This document shows positions 12,008 through 25,582 of a DNA stretch of 61,663 bases, piece by piece. This DNA comes from Octopus bimaculoides. Lineage: Eukaryota. A model generated the notes under the pieces. It searched no databases. It was not told the DNA's origin and was given only the letters and a program-made list of their open reading frames with translations. The translations under genes and the position numbers were made by a program. The stretch covers positions 44,256,256 through 44,317,918 of the forward strand of contig NC_068996.1 in the NCBI RefSeq assembly GCF_001194135.2, read 5' to 3'. Every line of letters starts with the position of its first letter. The first letter of the stretch is position 1.

Positions 12008-12240
12008 TATCATCATCATCATCATTTAACGTCTGCTTTCCATGCTAGCATGGGTTGGACGATTTGACTGAGGACTGGTAAAACCAGATGGCTACACCAG
12101 GCTCCAATCTGATTTGGCAGAGTTTCTACAGCTGGATGCCCTTCCTAAAGCCAACCACTCAGAGAGTGTAGTGGGTGCTTTTACGTGCCACCGGCACGAA
12201 GGCCAGTCAGGAAGTACTAGCAACGGCCATGCTCGAAGTG
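12008..12240 (-). mobile_element. Family B repeat (RTE-associated, SINE-like, (GAT)n tail)
   Basis: ggttggc.ttaggaagggcatccagctgtagaaac...ccaacccatgctagcatggaaagc.gacgttaaa.gatgatg. Confidence 0.75.
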
Positions 12241-13599
12241 GCTTGCATTTGTTTTAGCTACTATTTCTAATTAGTCAAGGCTCCATAGAAGCTCTTTTGA
12301 TAAAATCAATATCAATATTATATTAATAGATGAAAGTTCAAGTGGATGGATAAAGAGACACTTGAGTAGAAGTGAAGTTGCTCTTCACTTTGATTAGAAT
12401 TAGCTTAGTGAAAAGATTAGATTAAGTAACATGCCGCCTGTATTAGAATGTTAGTTTTTGGGGATTTCATGATGGATTGTTATTGTTGGGTCAGAAAAAA
12501 GACAGAAAAGGAATTGGTTTATTAATAAACTTACCCAGCTTCTTTATATTTGGGTAACGAAGCATTTTCACTAACCTCCTTCGTGTGATGCAACGACTAT
12601 TGTACTATAATTTTTCAAGAGTACGAATACAGAATGTGGCTCTGTGATTAAGAGGCTTTATTTGCAACACCAAACGGTCAAGAAAGCTTCTGCCATAATC
12701 TTGGGTGGAACAATACCCTGTGAATAGAATCTTGTTGAAGCCTGTCATGTGTGTGTGTGTGTGTGACTTTCTTATTTGGTACTCAACATTTTTAATACCA
12801 ACCTGCCTCAGTCTTCCCATGGTTCAGTGTTTCAACCTTCTTATTTTTAGGTGATCAAATTTAAAGCCTTACACCAAACTTTATGTAAGTTTAAGTTCCA
12901 AACACCAGCTAAAGGATAACAAAGTAAATGTAACTAAGTTGTTTGCTATTTTCAAAACTAGTCGAAACAAATGTAGAGTATACCAATGGAAATGTGATAA
13001 TGAAAGGGTTAAACAAAGGAAGCAGCCTCAAGCTTTAGAGCTCAACATATTATGTAATTCTTTCTGCTGGAAGCATAAGGATTCAAATTTAAGGGAATGG
13101 ATTAATCCGATTACGCTAACCTCAGTGCATAACTGGTATTTATTTAATTGACCCTGAAAGGATGAAAGGCAAAGTTGACCTCAGTGGAATTTGAACTCAG
13201 AACATAGCAGCACATGAAATATCGCTAAGCATTTTTCCCGGCGTGCTAATGGTTCTGCCAGCTCACCACCTTCTCAATATATTACGTAATGTGTACTGGT
13301 CCGCATAAGAAAAACACCCTACCATCCCATGTAAAAAGCACCCCTGCCAGTTCACGTAAAAATATTTGTGCTGGTCCACATAAAAAAGCATCCATGCCAG
13401 TCCACCTGAAGAGCAACCGTGTTGGTCCATATAATAAGCAGCCATGCTGGTCCATGGAAAAAAGCTGTGTGAAAAGCACTAAGTCCACTCTCTAAGTGGT
13501 TGATGTTAGGAAGGGCACCCAGCTATAGAGACCAAACTAAATTAGACTGGACCCTGGTGCAGCTCGCCAGCATGGGAAACTGGTATTAAACTAGTAACA

Positions 13600-13825
13600 C
13601 TCTGGTTTCTAGAATGTCATCCTAAAGCAGCCTCCAAATGGTCACCACTGGAAGGGGAAAAGGAGACGAGAAAGACCAAAAACTACATGGTTAGGAACAC
13701 TCATAACTGACTTGAGAAAGACCGTCTTTACATGGGCAGTTGCAGAGAAAACCACAACCAACAGAAACCAACGGCATCAACTTGCTGCCCAATATACCCG
13801 AGAACACAAGAGGAAATGATATTGA
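13600..13825 (+). mobile_element. RTE-type LINE C-terminal fragment followed by (CACT)n-like repeat
   Basis: KRRRERPKTTWLGTLITDLRKTVFTWAVAEKTTTNR resembles the KRxRGRPKTTW...W..AE..A.DR motif. Confidence 0.6.
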
Positions 13826-14559
13826 ATGTAACACACACATTCACTCACTCACATTTACTCGCTCACATTCACTCGCTCACATTCACTCACTCACATTCAC
13901 TCACTTACTCCACTTGGTTTCATTGACCAATTCCTCCTCTAGTTGCCAATTTTCTGATCTTATGTCATCCTCCTCCTTCACCTCATTGTCATCCAACATC
14001 CATTTTTCTTTGTTGGCATACGTTGAGCAGTTCAAGAGGGCTGCACTGAGCTCCAATGTCTGATTTGGTATGGTTTCTACAGCTGGATGCCCTTCCTAAT
14101 GTCAACCACTTTACAGAGTGTACAGGGCACTTTTTTTATGGTACTAGCACTAGTGAGACCACTCACAAGACAAGACACCCCTCAGCTCAGTGGGGTGTAG
14201 TATTAAGGGATATAGAAGTGTGATAGAAAGATGGAAGCAGGTGTCTTGTTGAAGGTGAATAAAAGGCTTCCTCATCTGGAAAGAGAGAGAGATGTCAAAG
14301 TACGAGGAGAATATGAGAGAGAGAGAGGAGGGTTAGAGGAATAGGAAAAGTGAGTGGGAGGGTAAGTGCACTGCAGAGAAAAGAGTGTGGCAAATGATCA
14401 GTGACAGGTGGTTATATGCAGAGAAAATCAGTTTTGCATCTGAGTAAGTGAGTCTCAAGTAGATTCCATCTGACCCTTAGGGGTCAGATTTTATTGTTAA
14501 AATTTATCGACAGTAAATTGGTTATACCTTCTACCATGCACAAAATATTTTAATTTTTT

Positions 14560-14714
14560 TTAGCCAGTTTTTAACAATATTTAATTATAAAAATATAATT
14601 AGATCATTTAAAATTATTTTTTTAATTTTTGAAACATTGAGTGGTTATGGAGGTTCACCTGAGTAAAATAGGGGTCAAAAGGGCCTGTAGATAAAAGATG
14701 GTTGAGAACCTCTG
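14560..14714. mobile_element. Right-end fragment of the same hAT MITE family
   Basis: ggttatggaggttcacc...gtagataaaagatggttgagaacctctg resembles ~52760-52835. Confidence 0.5.
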
Positions 14715-15044
14715 ATCTAAGAAATCATTATTATCGTCTTTTTCATATCATTATGTTGTATCATTTTTGCATTTTTGCATTTCTCAAGATTGGCAATTGC
14801 TACACCTTCGTCTTCTAAAGATGACAATTCCCTGGGAATATTGCTATTTTCTTTTTTCATATTTCATTTCCTTTTTACTCTTTTTACTTGTTTCAGTCAG
14901 CTGCAAATCATGATTTCATAGCTAGTGTACATAATCCACTTTCTAATCGCTGTCGGTACTCTGTATATTTATTAAGATAATTTTTACTTTAAGATTCTTT
15001 TATAGCATGAGGCATTTACATGTTGTAACGAACTTAATATAATT

Positions 15045-15378
15045 AATAGTACCGCCTGACTGGCTCCCGTAGGATTTTCGAGCGAGATCGTTGCCAGTGC
15101 CCCTGGACTGGCTTGTGCGGGTGGCACATAAAAGACACCATTTCGAGCGTGGCCGTTGCCAGTATCGCCTGACTGGCCTTCGTGCAGGTGACATGTAAAA
15201 GCACCCACTACACTCTCTGAGTGGTTGGCGTTAGGGAGGGCATCCAGCTGTAGAAACTCTGCCAAATTTAGATTGGAGCCTGGTGTTGCCATCCGGTTTC
15301 ACCAGTCCTCAGTCAAGTCGTCCAACCCATGCTAGCATGGAAAGCGGACGTTAAACGATGATGATGATGATGATGATA
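15045..15378 (+). mobile_element. Family B repeat
   Basis: Same core and (GAT)n tail; 5' sub-repeats gtggcac.taaaagcacc. Confidence 0.8.
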
Positions 15379-15543
15379 TGGTAAGTAGTTTGATTCCCAA
15401 CTGTGGTCTCAGGATCAGTCACATTTACATACAGGTACACTTGCACCTATATTTTGTTATGCAATGTCTAATTCCAAATTCTCTTCTTAATCTGGCATTT
15501 TCTGATGTTCATTGTGGCTTTTTCTTTTTAATTTTCATTCCAG

Positions 15544-15687
15544 ATATTGTGATGACTGCCAGTCGCCATGAGGACTGTTCAATGATCCGACTTGAGAGGA
15601 AATGTCAGAGTGAGATAGACAACAGCCAAATACATTTCATTGGCGGCGGACCATATAAAGGGATTCTGGTCAACAAAATGGCACCCA
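15544..15687 (+). CDS. Coding exon (144 nt, phase 1 to 1): (D)IVMTASRHEDCSMIRLERKCQSEIDNSQIHFIGGGPYKGILVNKMAP
   Basis: Acceptor tttcttttttaattttcattccag, donor CCCA|gtaagt, one open frame, non-repetitive protein-like composition. Confidence 0.85.
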
Positions 15688-15786
15688 GTAAGTATTGATG
15701 CCTCTGGCTTCTTTATTGCATTGTTTTTGTCACTGTTATTGTTATCGTTGCCACTGCTAACACCATTGCATAAACTTTAAGCCAAG

Positions 15787-16019
15787 GTGGCGAGCTGGCA
15801 GAAACGTTAGCATGCCGGGCGAAATGCCTAGCGGTATTTCGTCTGCCGTTACGTTCTGAGTTCAAATTCCGCCGAGGTCGACTTTGCCTTTCATCCTTTC
15901 GGGGTCGATAAATTAAGTACCAGTTACGTACTGGGGTCGATGTAAATCGACTTAATCCCTTTGTCTGTCCTTGATTGTCCCCTCTATGTTTAGCCCCTTG
16001 TGGGCAGTAAAGAAATAAG
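15787..16019 (+). mobile_element. Family D (Deu/Nin-domain-like) SINE, young copy
   Basis: 15-bp TSD AAACTTTAAGCCAAG (15772-15786, 16020-16034); gcctttcatcctttcggggtcgataaattaagtaccag resembles the Deu/Nin core. Confidence 0.8.
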
Positions 16020-16855
16020 AAACTTTAAGCCAAGCTTTGTTGAGCAAAACCTGGCTCTGATTCTCTCTTTGTTTTGATATATTCAGGACTGTGTGACATT
16101 TTGCTTATGTGAGACAGTTAGACATAAACAAATGCAGCTGCTTCCTAAATGGTGTGAATATAAAGAGACACACGGAAGCAAACAAACACAATTCTATGTG
16201 TATATATATGTATATATGATGCTTGTGCTTGTGCCAGATAAACACACCCAGTCTGCTCTAAAGTGGTTGGCATTAGGAAGGGCATTCAGCTGGTGCTTGT
16301 GCTTGTGCTATGTTTAAAGCACTCAGTACATGTACGCTCTGTACTGTGGTTGGCATCAGGAAGGGTATCCAGCCAGAAAAATCATTCCAAAACTGACTGT
16401 GGTGCTTGGCGTAACCCTCTGTCTTGCCAGCTTCTCTCAAAGCATCCAACCCATGCCAGCATAGAAAATAGATGTTAAATGATGGTGGTGATGATACCTG
16501 ACCACACATCTTCACAATACACACACACTTGCACATATACAGATATATGTATATGTATAAAATACATGAGGCTATGATTTAGTGAGATTTGTCTACTATT
16601 TCTAGCAGATCTGGTGACCACATAGAGGCTTCCCCCTTTGGTTCATCACAACATTAATGATGGTGATGACAAAAACAAGAGTACTGATTGGCCAAGCTTT
16701 TCAGTCTCCCATGTGAAATGTGTTATTATCAGCCCCTCTGCCGTACGTAAGGCTACATAAAGCTACCGTATACTTAACTCATGATAGCTGAGAGAACTCA
16801 CTTGAAAACAAGTACAGGTCAATGAAGAAACCTCTGCTTCATGCATGGACAACCT

Positions 16856-16893
<38 letters not shown>

Positions 16894-17279
16894 ACCTATT
16901 TATTATTTTTTTTAGCTGCATGCCTTATGTGTTACTGCTTATCATAAACTGGGCCATATAAACAAAAATAAAAAAAAATAATCATTTACTGACAAAAAAA
17001 GACATATGTAGTTCAAAACACACCATATACATTGCTTTAAGGAAATCATTAAAAATGACTATCCGTGAATGACAGAGAAAGAGAGAAGGAAAATTATACT
17101 GTTGAAATGAACAAACTCAGACCTATAGATTGTGTTACAAAAATTTTAATAAACAGCTATTATGGCTATACAATCATGACATTGCATGATGTGACATACA
17201 AAACAGTTGTTCAGTTGCAACAGGTTGCTTTCTACAAATAGCCATGAAATCTCCTTCAAATTTCACCCAACCATCTTAA

Positions 17280-17470
17280 CCCTTTAGCATTTGAATTATT
17301 CTGTCACATGTCATGCTTATTTATTCTCATTGTTTTCCATTAATAATTCATTATCTCAAAGCTATGAGATTTCAATGATGTGATTGTTGGTTTTGTAGAA
17401 TGATATTGTAGGGTAGGTGTGAGAGGCAGGACCTGGCCAGTTTGAACATAAAGCAGGTAGAATATTTGGG
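17280..17470. mobile_element. Truncated copy of the same piggyBac-type MITE
   Basis: TTAACCCTTTAGCATT start; gtaggtgtgagaggc..ctggccagttt is the reverse complement of ~41662-41700. Confidence 0.55.
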
Positions 17471-19519
17471 AGTCCTTTGTCAGCCATAGTTAACCCTTTT
17501 TCTGCACATTTATGTGCAGCATGGGAAGCAGAATATTTTGAATAAGACAAGCTGTTGCCTATGCATGCAAGTGTCCTCAATCCATGCTAATGAAAGGTCC
17601 CTGAAATGGACTGGCACTGCTTGGAACCAATATGGTTGCAAACATTGCTGTCAGGATACATAGAACAGTTACTACAAGACATTTTGCCTGACCCTTTAAG
17701 GGTGAAGGGTCAAGTTCAGTCTCATTACATGGCACCTGAGGCAAGTGTCTTCTAAGCCTTGCGAGTGGATTTGATAGACGGAAACTGAAAGAAGCCCATC
17801 ATGTATGTAAAGACTTCTTTGATAATGAATGACTTTGAGATTGCAGCTAGAAAGTTCCCCTCCAAGGTACAAGTCCGGGCAAGGTTGTTCATGGAACACC
17901 AGCTGTCACCCATGCATAGTAGCCTCCCCTCTCCACACCACTGATATTATCCGAGGGAAAGGCAAAGATTGATACAGCTTGGCATCAGTGACATAATTCA
18001 TCTCTACAGCTGAGTGAACTGGAGCAATGTGAAAATAAAGTGTCTTGCTCAAAGAACACATACATACATATATAATTATATACAATGGCCTTCTTTCAGT
18101 TTCCATCTACCAAATCCACTCACAAGGCTTTGGTTGGCCCGAGGCTATCGTAGAAGACATTTGCCCAAGGTGTCACGCCGTGGGAATGAACCCGGAACCA
18201 TGTGGTTGGTAAGCATGCTACTTACCACACAGCCACTAGATATTTTTGTGGAATACACGAAGTGTAAATTAGAACCAAAGTCTTGCGCAAGACTCTGGTT
18301 CTAATTCAGACTTAGTCTATTCTACACACACAAAAAAGTCTATTCTATAAAAAACAGGTGGGAAACAAGAGAGGTCTTATTACATAGCTGCAGGCATTGG
18401 TACATGGTAAGATGCTTGTTTCATAACCATAGGGTTTTGGGTTCAGTCTCGTTTTGTAGCATCTTGGGCATCTTCTACCAAAGCCTCTGGCCAATCAAAG
18501 TCTTGTGAGTGGATTTGGTAGAAAGAAACTCATTGTGTATGTGTGTGTGTGCATGCGTGTGCATGTGTATCCCACCATCACTTGACAACTGGTGCTGGTT
18601 TCTTTCTTTCTCTGTAAGAATAAATGTAGAGTGATCATGGAAAAAAAAAAGTTCTATAGGTGGTGAGTTTGTGTCTTGAAGTCCTAATTGTCCTCATTGG
18701 GTCATAATATATTAAATTAAATGAATAAGGCTCCTGTTTCTATTCGATTATGAAAATCAACTGGAAGGCAGTTTTCTCATTCTAAAGATGTATTTAAGGG
18801 ATTTGATCAAATAGCTGTTCATTGAAAGATTAATCTTTCTCATGCAATAAATATAAAACATATAATATAAACAGTTTGGCAAAAAGAGACTGAGAGAATA
18901 AGAAACAAGCTTAAATATAAATTCCATGGTCAATTTGTTCAAGTAAACCCTTTGAGGCAGTGCTCCAGTATGGCTGCAGTCCAGTGATTGACACAATCAT
19001 AAAGATAAAAGATTAAAGATATTACTTATAAAAAGTCAACCATTAGGTGGCATGGCTTGACTCCCTGATGACAATAACAGTGGGGTGGTGGTGGTGGTGG
19101 TGGTGGTGGTGGGGAGAATATGTTGGAAGTTAGAAAGCTGCTTCTGCTTCTTTTCATAAGAAAATGATGATGATGATGATGATGATGATGATAATGGTTT
19201 GGAGTAGGGATGGGGCAACAGCAGCATTGACAATGATGTAGAGGTTGTCACTGAACTTACAGTTTCTCAAGAATTACTTTCTTCACTCTTGTAAATCATC
19301 ATTGTTATCATCATCATCAGCAGCAGTAAGAAATAGTTGGATGATACACTGGCAGATTTGTTAGAGCATCACATAACCTGCCATATCATATTTCTTCCAG
19401 CTCTTTACATTCCATGTTCGAATCCTGCTGTGGTTGAATTTGTTTTTCATCCCTTTGGAGGTTGAGAAAATGAAGAATCAGTCGAATATTAGGAATAATA
19501 ATAATAATAATAATAATAA

Positions 19520-21305
19520 AAGATCTATCAAAACAACAATCACAGCACTTGAACAATTCTGGACTCCTATAACAACTGAAGAGGTCACCCAGGTACTGAA
19601 AAAACTAAGCAACTGGAAGGTACCCAGGCATGACAAGATTGCCACATTCTGGTTAAAATAACAGGAATACAGAAAACACTGGCTGAAAAATTTAAGGAAA
19701 TCCTAGCACAGACAGAAACAATGCTTGAATGGCTCATGGAAAGGAAAACTATCCTAATTCCCAAATCCACTGAAACAGCAAACCCACAAAATTACAGCCC
19801 AATAATTTGTCTCCTTACAATTTTCAAAGCCTTTATTGCAATATTATTGCAGAGAATGGGCAAGCATCTGGAAGAAAACAGCCTGTTTCCAGAAGAGCAG
19901 AAGGGATACTCTAAGGGCTCATACAGCTGTAGAGATCTGCTACTGATCAATAAAGCCATGGCTGAAGACAGCCACAGATAGAAGAAGGGTCTAAGTATGG
20001 CTTGGATCGATTATTGAAAGGCTTTTGATAGTATTTCCCACATATGGATCCTAGAAACACTAGCCATGATCAAGGTAGCACTGATAATCATAAAATATAT
20101 AAAACATTCCATGAATAAATGGCAGACAGTGGTACAGCTCCAGACAAAAGATGGTCTCATAAAAACCAAAGCCATCCCCTAGAAGAAGAATATTCCAGGG
20201 AGTCACGCTCTCTCTACTCCTTTTCTGCTTGGTACTGACACCTTTATTTGACATGCTAAACAAAACTGGATGTAGATACAACTGTTATGGCTAAACAATC
20301 AGCCACCTCTTATATATGGATGACCTAAAACTATATGCTACAAATGATAAACAGCTGGAAAAATTACTACAGACAGTACATGGATTTACCAAAGAAATAA
20401 ACAGGAAATTTGGGTCAGGAAAATGTGCCAAAGCAACCTTGAAAAGAGGAAAACTAGTTAAGAGTAGCAACATCACTCTAGATAAAGCCAATGAAATAAG
20501 AGAATTAGACCAAAGCCAGACATACAAATACTTATGAATTAATGAACTAGATACGGTACAACACACACAAATGAAAGAGAAAATTAAAAAGAGAATACTA
20601 TGGATGAGTTAGATTAATACTGAAAACAGAACTCAATGCGAAAAACAAGATAATAGGTATCAACACTTTAGCCGTCCCAGTTGTAAGTTACAGCTACAAT
20701 ATTCTTAATTGGACTCTAAATGAACTAATCAAAATAGACAGGAAAGCAAGAAAAATAATGACAGCAAAATCTCGACAATGGTTGAGAAGCTCAGGACTCA
20801 AAGCAGAGACTGAAGGATCAAAGCCTTCCCACCAGAAATCACCAAAAATATGTAATGAAAAGAAATACAAGTAACTGCAGAATATGTGGTGATGGAGAAG
20901 AAACAATAGATCATATTGTCTCTGGCTGTCCAGTCCTGGTTAAGAAGAACATGACAGTGTTAGGATCTATATACACTGGAAGCTATGCTGACACTATGGA
21001 ATAACAACAGAATAAAGATGATATAGGCACACCCAAGAACAGGTCACAAAAAAGGAGAAAACAACCATACTCAGGGATATGCCAATACATACAGATAGAG
21101 AAAATAACGCCAATAGGCCAGATATAGTTATCAGAGATCATCAAGAAAAAAAATGCTTTCTAACTGATGTATCAATACCAACAGATGATAATGTTTCTCT
21201 AAAAGAAATGGAGAAATTTTCAAAATGCAAAGATCTGGAAATAGAGGTAACTTGAATGTGGAGCCTAAAAACAGAAGCAATTCTTATTGTAGTAGGCGCA
21301 TTATA
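19520..21305 (+). mobile_element. Degenerate R4/Dong-like non-LTR retrotransposon (RT plus C-terminal restriction-like endonuclease)
   Basis: Broken frames give LIPKS..NYSPIICL, EEQKG, AWIDY*KAFDS, HLLYMDDLKLY, YKYL, then ANRPDIVIRD...DVSIP..KEMEK..DLEIE (PD-D/E-xK type). Begins right after an (AAT)n run. Confidence 0.85.
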
Positions 21306-21549
21306 TATATATATATATATGAGTGTGTCTCTCTCTCTTTGTCAACATTACTTGATGTTTGTAAACGAAAAACACTTTCATCCGTTTCCAAACTTCCATG
21401 GAAACATGCCCAGTCATGTGGAAATAACTTACCTGGAAACAACTGAGGATTGGTGACTAGAGCGGCATTTTACCATAAAAATAATGTCTCAACAGATTTT
21501 GACTGATTCATACAAACATGCAAAAGTAGACATTAAGATGATGGTAATG

Positions 21550-21596
<47 letters not shown>

Positions 21597-21612
21597 TATT
21601 ATTATTAATTAT

Positions 21613-22020
21613 TCCACCAAGGTTGCCTTTGCCTTTCATCTTTTTGGGGTTGATAAATTATCAATGTGATCGACAGACCCCTCCCACCAAATTTCAGGCC
21701 TTGTACCTATAACCTATAGTAGAAAGGATTATTATTATTATTATTATCATTACTATCATTATTATTACTATTATTATTATTATTATCATTATTATTTTTA
21801 TTATTAAGGTGGTGAGCTGGCAGAATTGTTAGTACGATGGTCGGAATGCTTAGTGGTATTTCGTTCATCGCTACATTCTGAGTTCAAATTCTGCTGAAGT
21901 CGACTTTGCTTTTCATCCTTTTGAGGTTGGCAAATTAAGTAACAGTTGCGTACTGGGATCAATCTTATCGACTGCCCCATCCACCAAATTTCAGGCCTTG
22001 TGCCGATAGTAGAAAGGATT
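21613..22020 (+). mobile_element. Two family D SINE copies separated and flanked by (ATT)n
   Basis: Nin-like core; tail aaatttcaggccttgtgcc.atagtagaaaggattatt. Confidence 0.7.
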
Positions 22021-22034
22021 ATTATTATTTATTC

Positions 22035-22325
22035 TTTTTATCTCAGATTTTGTTGGAACTCCTGGAGTCTTGCATATGTAGCAGGCTTGCTACCTGCAGC
22101 CTACGGTACCATGCTATTCATTCTTTTCAACTATCTAATACTTTCCTGATTATTCTGGCCATACCAAAATGGCAAACCTTTTGTAACAGTTCCACTGGGC
22201 ACTCTATTCTGTTTTCTATTATATTCCTCTTGATGCCTTCTGATATTGTCCCCAAGAATCCAAGGATTGGCATTATCTTCACCTCCTTCATTTTCCATTG
22301 CCAGGCTATTTCATACTTAAGAGGA
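22035..22325 (-). mobile_element. 3' end of a second R4/Dong-like LINE with 3' UTR
   Basis: Minus translation YEIAWQWKMKEVKIMPILGFLGTI...LQKVCHFGMARIIRKVL*; UTR runs into (AAT)n. Confidence 0.7.
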
Positions 22326-22339
22326 TTTTATATACTCTC

Positions 22340-22528
22340 TCGTTTACTTGTTTCAGTCATTTGACTGTGGCCATACTGGAGCACCACCTTTAGTCGAGCA
22401 AATCGACCCCCAGGACTTATTCTTTGTAAGCCTAGTAATTATTCTATCAGTCTCTTTTTGCCAAACCGCTAAGTGACGGTGACGTAAACACACCAGCAAT
22501 GGTGGTCAAGCGATGCTGGGAGGGACAA

Positions 22529-22563
<35 letters not shown>

Positions 22564-22748
22564 CACATATACATATATATATATACGACGGGCTTCTTTC
22601 AGTTTCCGTCTACCAAATCCACTCACAAGGCTTTGGTTGGCCCGAGGCTATAGTAGAAGACACTTGCCCAAGGTGCCGCGTAGTGGAACTGAACCCAGAA
22701 CTATGTGGTTGGTAAGCAAGCTACTTACCACACAACCACTCCTGCGCC

Positions 22749-22749
<1 letters not shown>
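22340..22749 (-). mobile_element. Family A SINE, full-length
   Basis: Aligns to the other full-length copies. Confidence 0.85.
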
Positions 22750-22788
<39 letters not shown>

Positions 22789-22879
22789 TTGCCTTCCTTC
22801 TTGACTATTCGTGGGTCAAAGGGGCACACAATATCAAGTATACAGCACATTATTACTATTATTATTATCATTATTATTA

Positions 22880-23365
22880 TAGACATCGCACAGTATACAA
22901 TATCACGAGGTTGGTCAAGTCACAACAAGGACCTCAGACAGACAATACTTTATGCAATATATGTGCAGTTCCAAGTAATGTCAACTTTTGCAATACACTT
23001 AGATTGTAGGGTATTTCTAAAGTTTTCAGATGTCTTTTCAGATTGGTGATATTGAACCCAATGCTCCGATGACAATAGGGATAACCTTTGTTTGACTCTC
23101 ATACCTGCCACATTTTAATGATCTCAATTCTCAGGTCTTCATATTTATCAACTTTTTCTCTTTCTTTCTTGATGATATGTTGATCTGGCACTACCTATTA
23201 GGCACTCTTGTTTGTCCCTCCTAAAAGTTACTATATCTGGCCTTTGGTGCTCTAACACCTTGTCTGTCTGGAATTTAAAGTCCCAGAGGATTTTTGCCTT
23301 CCCCATTATATCCATTACCTTTTCTGTTTTATGTTAGTACCAAGCACCCATAACCTCATATCCAT
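22880..23365 (-). mobile_element. 3' fragment of a third R4/Dong-like LINE
   Basis: Minus translation KILWDFKFQTDKVLEHQRPDIV...KYEDLRIEI...IVIGALGSI; + strand (ATT)n on both sides. Confidence 0.75.
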
Positions 23366-23559
23366 ATTTATTATTATTATTAGTGGTGGTGTTAGAAGGG
23401 GCAACTAAAGGAGTTAGTATAAGGAAGGCTATCCAGATGTAAACATTACCTTAAAAAGACTATTCAAGCTATGTCTGTATGGTATAATGGACATGATGAA
23501 GATGATATATATGTTTTATATGTTGGATCTGGAAAAAGAGGTGGTGCTTGTGACCATTG

Positions 23560-23895
23560 CAGGTTCTCTTAGACCATTGAGACTGATGCCATTAATACCC
23601 CTCTTGAACTTTTCTTGCAAGTCAACATCTGCATAAAAGTCATGAGCAGGGAAGGAATACCCAAGGGTTGATGTTCTAGGGAGAAAGGATTTGGCTTAAT
23701 AATTCAGTGTTGGATCTGAGGAGTTAGGCATAATAAAGATGAGAGGAGATGAGAAAAGATGAGTGGATCAGGAATAGCTGAGTGGAGGTGGCATGAGCTC
23801 AACCAACTCTGAGAAGCATGGGCCATTATAGTAGTAGTTGAAAAAGCAGAGAGAGGAGGCAGTGCATATATAAGCTAGAGGGTGGAACATGTCTG
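23560..23895 (-). mobile_element. L2/CR1-group (Crack/Daphne-like) LINE 3' fragment
   Basis: ASSLCFFNYYYNGPCFSELVELMPPPL...SFLPRTSTL...DLQEKFKRGIN fits the ASLSLFYRYY..CSSEL / SF.PRT..LWN / DL..FK..VN tail motif. Confidence 0.65.
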
Positions 23896-24249
23896 TGAGT
23901 AACTTTAAACCAATCAGTCGAGTAGCTCTTTTCTAGTGTGATTTTTGGATGGAGAACTGGCTGCTATTTCTAGCTTGTTTTGAGCATCTTCCTAACTATC
24001 GACAGAACATTCACAGTGTGTTCAAACTGAAAGCCACATGTGTGTGGTTACTGTCCATGATAATAATTTAATAAATTTGGTATTTGTTATTTAAAATCTG
24101 AATACATTAATAGTCAGGCCAAGCTGTTACAACTACTCATTTGTTGGAATTGCTGTAAAATACATAACAAAAAAATGTTCACTGTTGTTAACTGTGTTAA
24201 TACATTGTATGGATAAATTTGGTCACACACACACACAGGTGCCAGTTAA

Positions 24250-24585
24250 AGTGCATGGCTCAGTGGTCAGAGTGTCAGGCTCGCAATCATGAGGTAGCAG
24301 GTTTGATTCCTGGACTGGGCTGTGTGTTGTATTCATAAGTAAGACACTTTATTTCATGTTGCTCCAGTTCACTCAGTTGTAGAAATGAGTTGTGACATCA
24401 CTGGTGCTAAGCTGTATCTGCTTTTGCCTCTTCCTTGGATAACATCAGTGGTGTGGAGAGGGAGAGGCTGGTGTACATGGGCGACTGCTGGTCTTTTATA
24501 AACAACCATGATCGGAATTGTGCCTGAGAGGGGAGATTTCTAGGTACAATCCCATGGTCATTCATGACCAAAGGGGTTCCTTACC
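24250..24585 (+). mobile_element. Family E tRNA-derived SINE
   Basis: gcatggctcagtgg..ggtttgattcc head; body gctccagttcactcag..ggcgactgctggtc..catggtcattcatgacc. Confidence 0.75.
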
Positions 24586-24592
24586 TTTTTAC

Positions 24593-24633
<41 letters not shown>

Positions 24634-24718
24634 TATAGTACCAAAGGGCCATTGCTCCAACATGGCCTCAGATGGGATGGATAAATAAAATCGAGAAGCT
24701 AAAAGGCATAGAAATACA

Positions 24719-25247
24719 GGCGCAGGAGTGGCTGTGTGGTAAGTAGCTTGCTTACCAACTACATGGTTCTGGGTTCAGTCCCACTGCGTGGCAACTTGGG
24801 CAAGTGTCTTCTACTATAGCCTTGGGCTGACCAAAGCCTTGTGAGTGGATTTGGTAGATAGAAACTGAAAGAAGCCCATCGTATATATGTATATGTAGAT
24901 GTATATATATATATATATATATATATNNNNNNNNNNNNNNNNNNNNNNNNNNNNNNNNNNNNNNNNNNNNNNNNNNNNNNNNNNNNNNNNNNNNNNNNNN
25001 NNNNNNNNNNNNNNNNNNNNNNNNNNNNNNNNNNNNNNNNNNNNNNNNNNNNNNNNNNNNNNNNNNNNNNNNNNNNNNNNNNNNNNNNNNNNNNNNNNNN
25101 NNNNNNNNNNNNNNNNNNNNNNNNNNNNNNNNNNNNNNNNNNNNNNNNNNNNNNNNNNNNNNNNNNNNNNNNNNNNNNNNNNNNNNNNNNNNNNNNNNNN
25201 NNNNNNNNNNNNNNNNNNNNNNNNGCACGAAAATGCAGAAAAAAGAC

Positions 25248-25300
<53 letters not shown>

Positions 25301-25500
25301 ATATGTTTGTGTGTCTGTGTTTGTCCCCCCAACTTCGCTTGACAACCGATGCTGGTGTGTTTACGTCCCCATAACTTAGCAGTTCGGCAAAGGAGACTGC
25401 TAGAATAAGTACTAGGCTTACAAAGAATAAGTCCTGGGGTTGATTTGTTCGACTAAAGGCGGTGCTCCATCATGGCTGCAGTCAAATAACAAGTAAAAGA
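24719..25500 (+). mobile_element. Family A SINE with N gap in its internal microsatellite
   Basis: 5' and 3' halves flank the (TA)n run and gap. Confidence 0.85.
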
Positions 25501-25582
25501 GTATGCAACACACACATGCATACTGAACATACACATTCACAACATATGCCATACACACAAACACACCGCATATGCCTTATGC

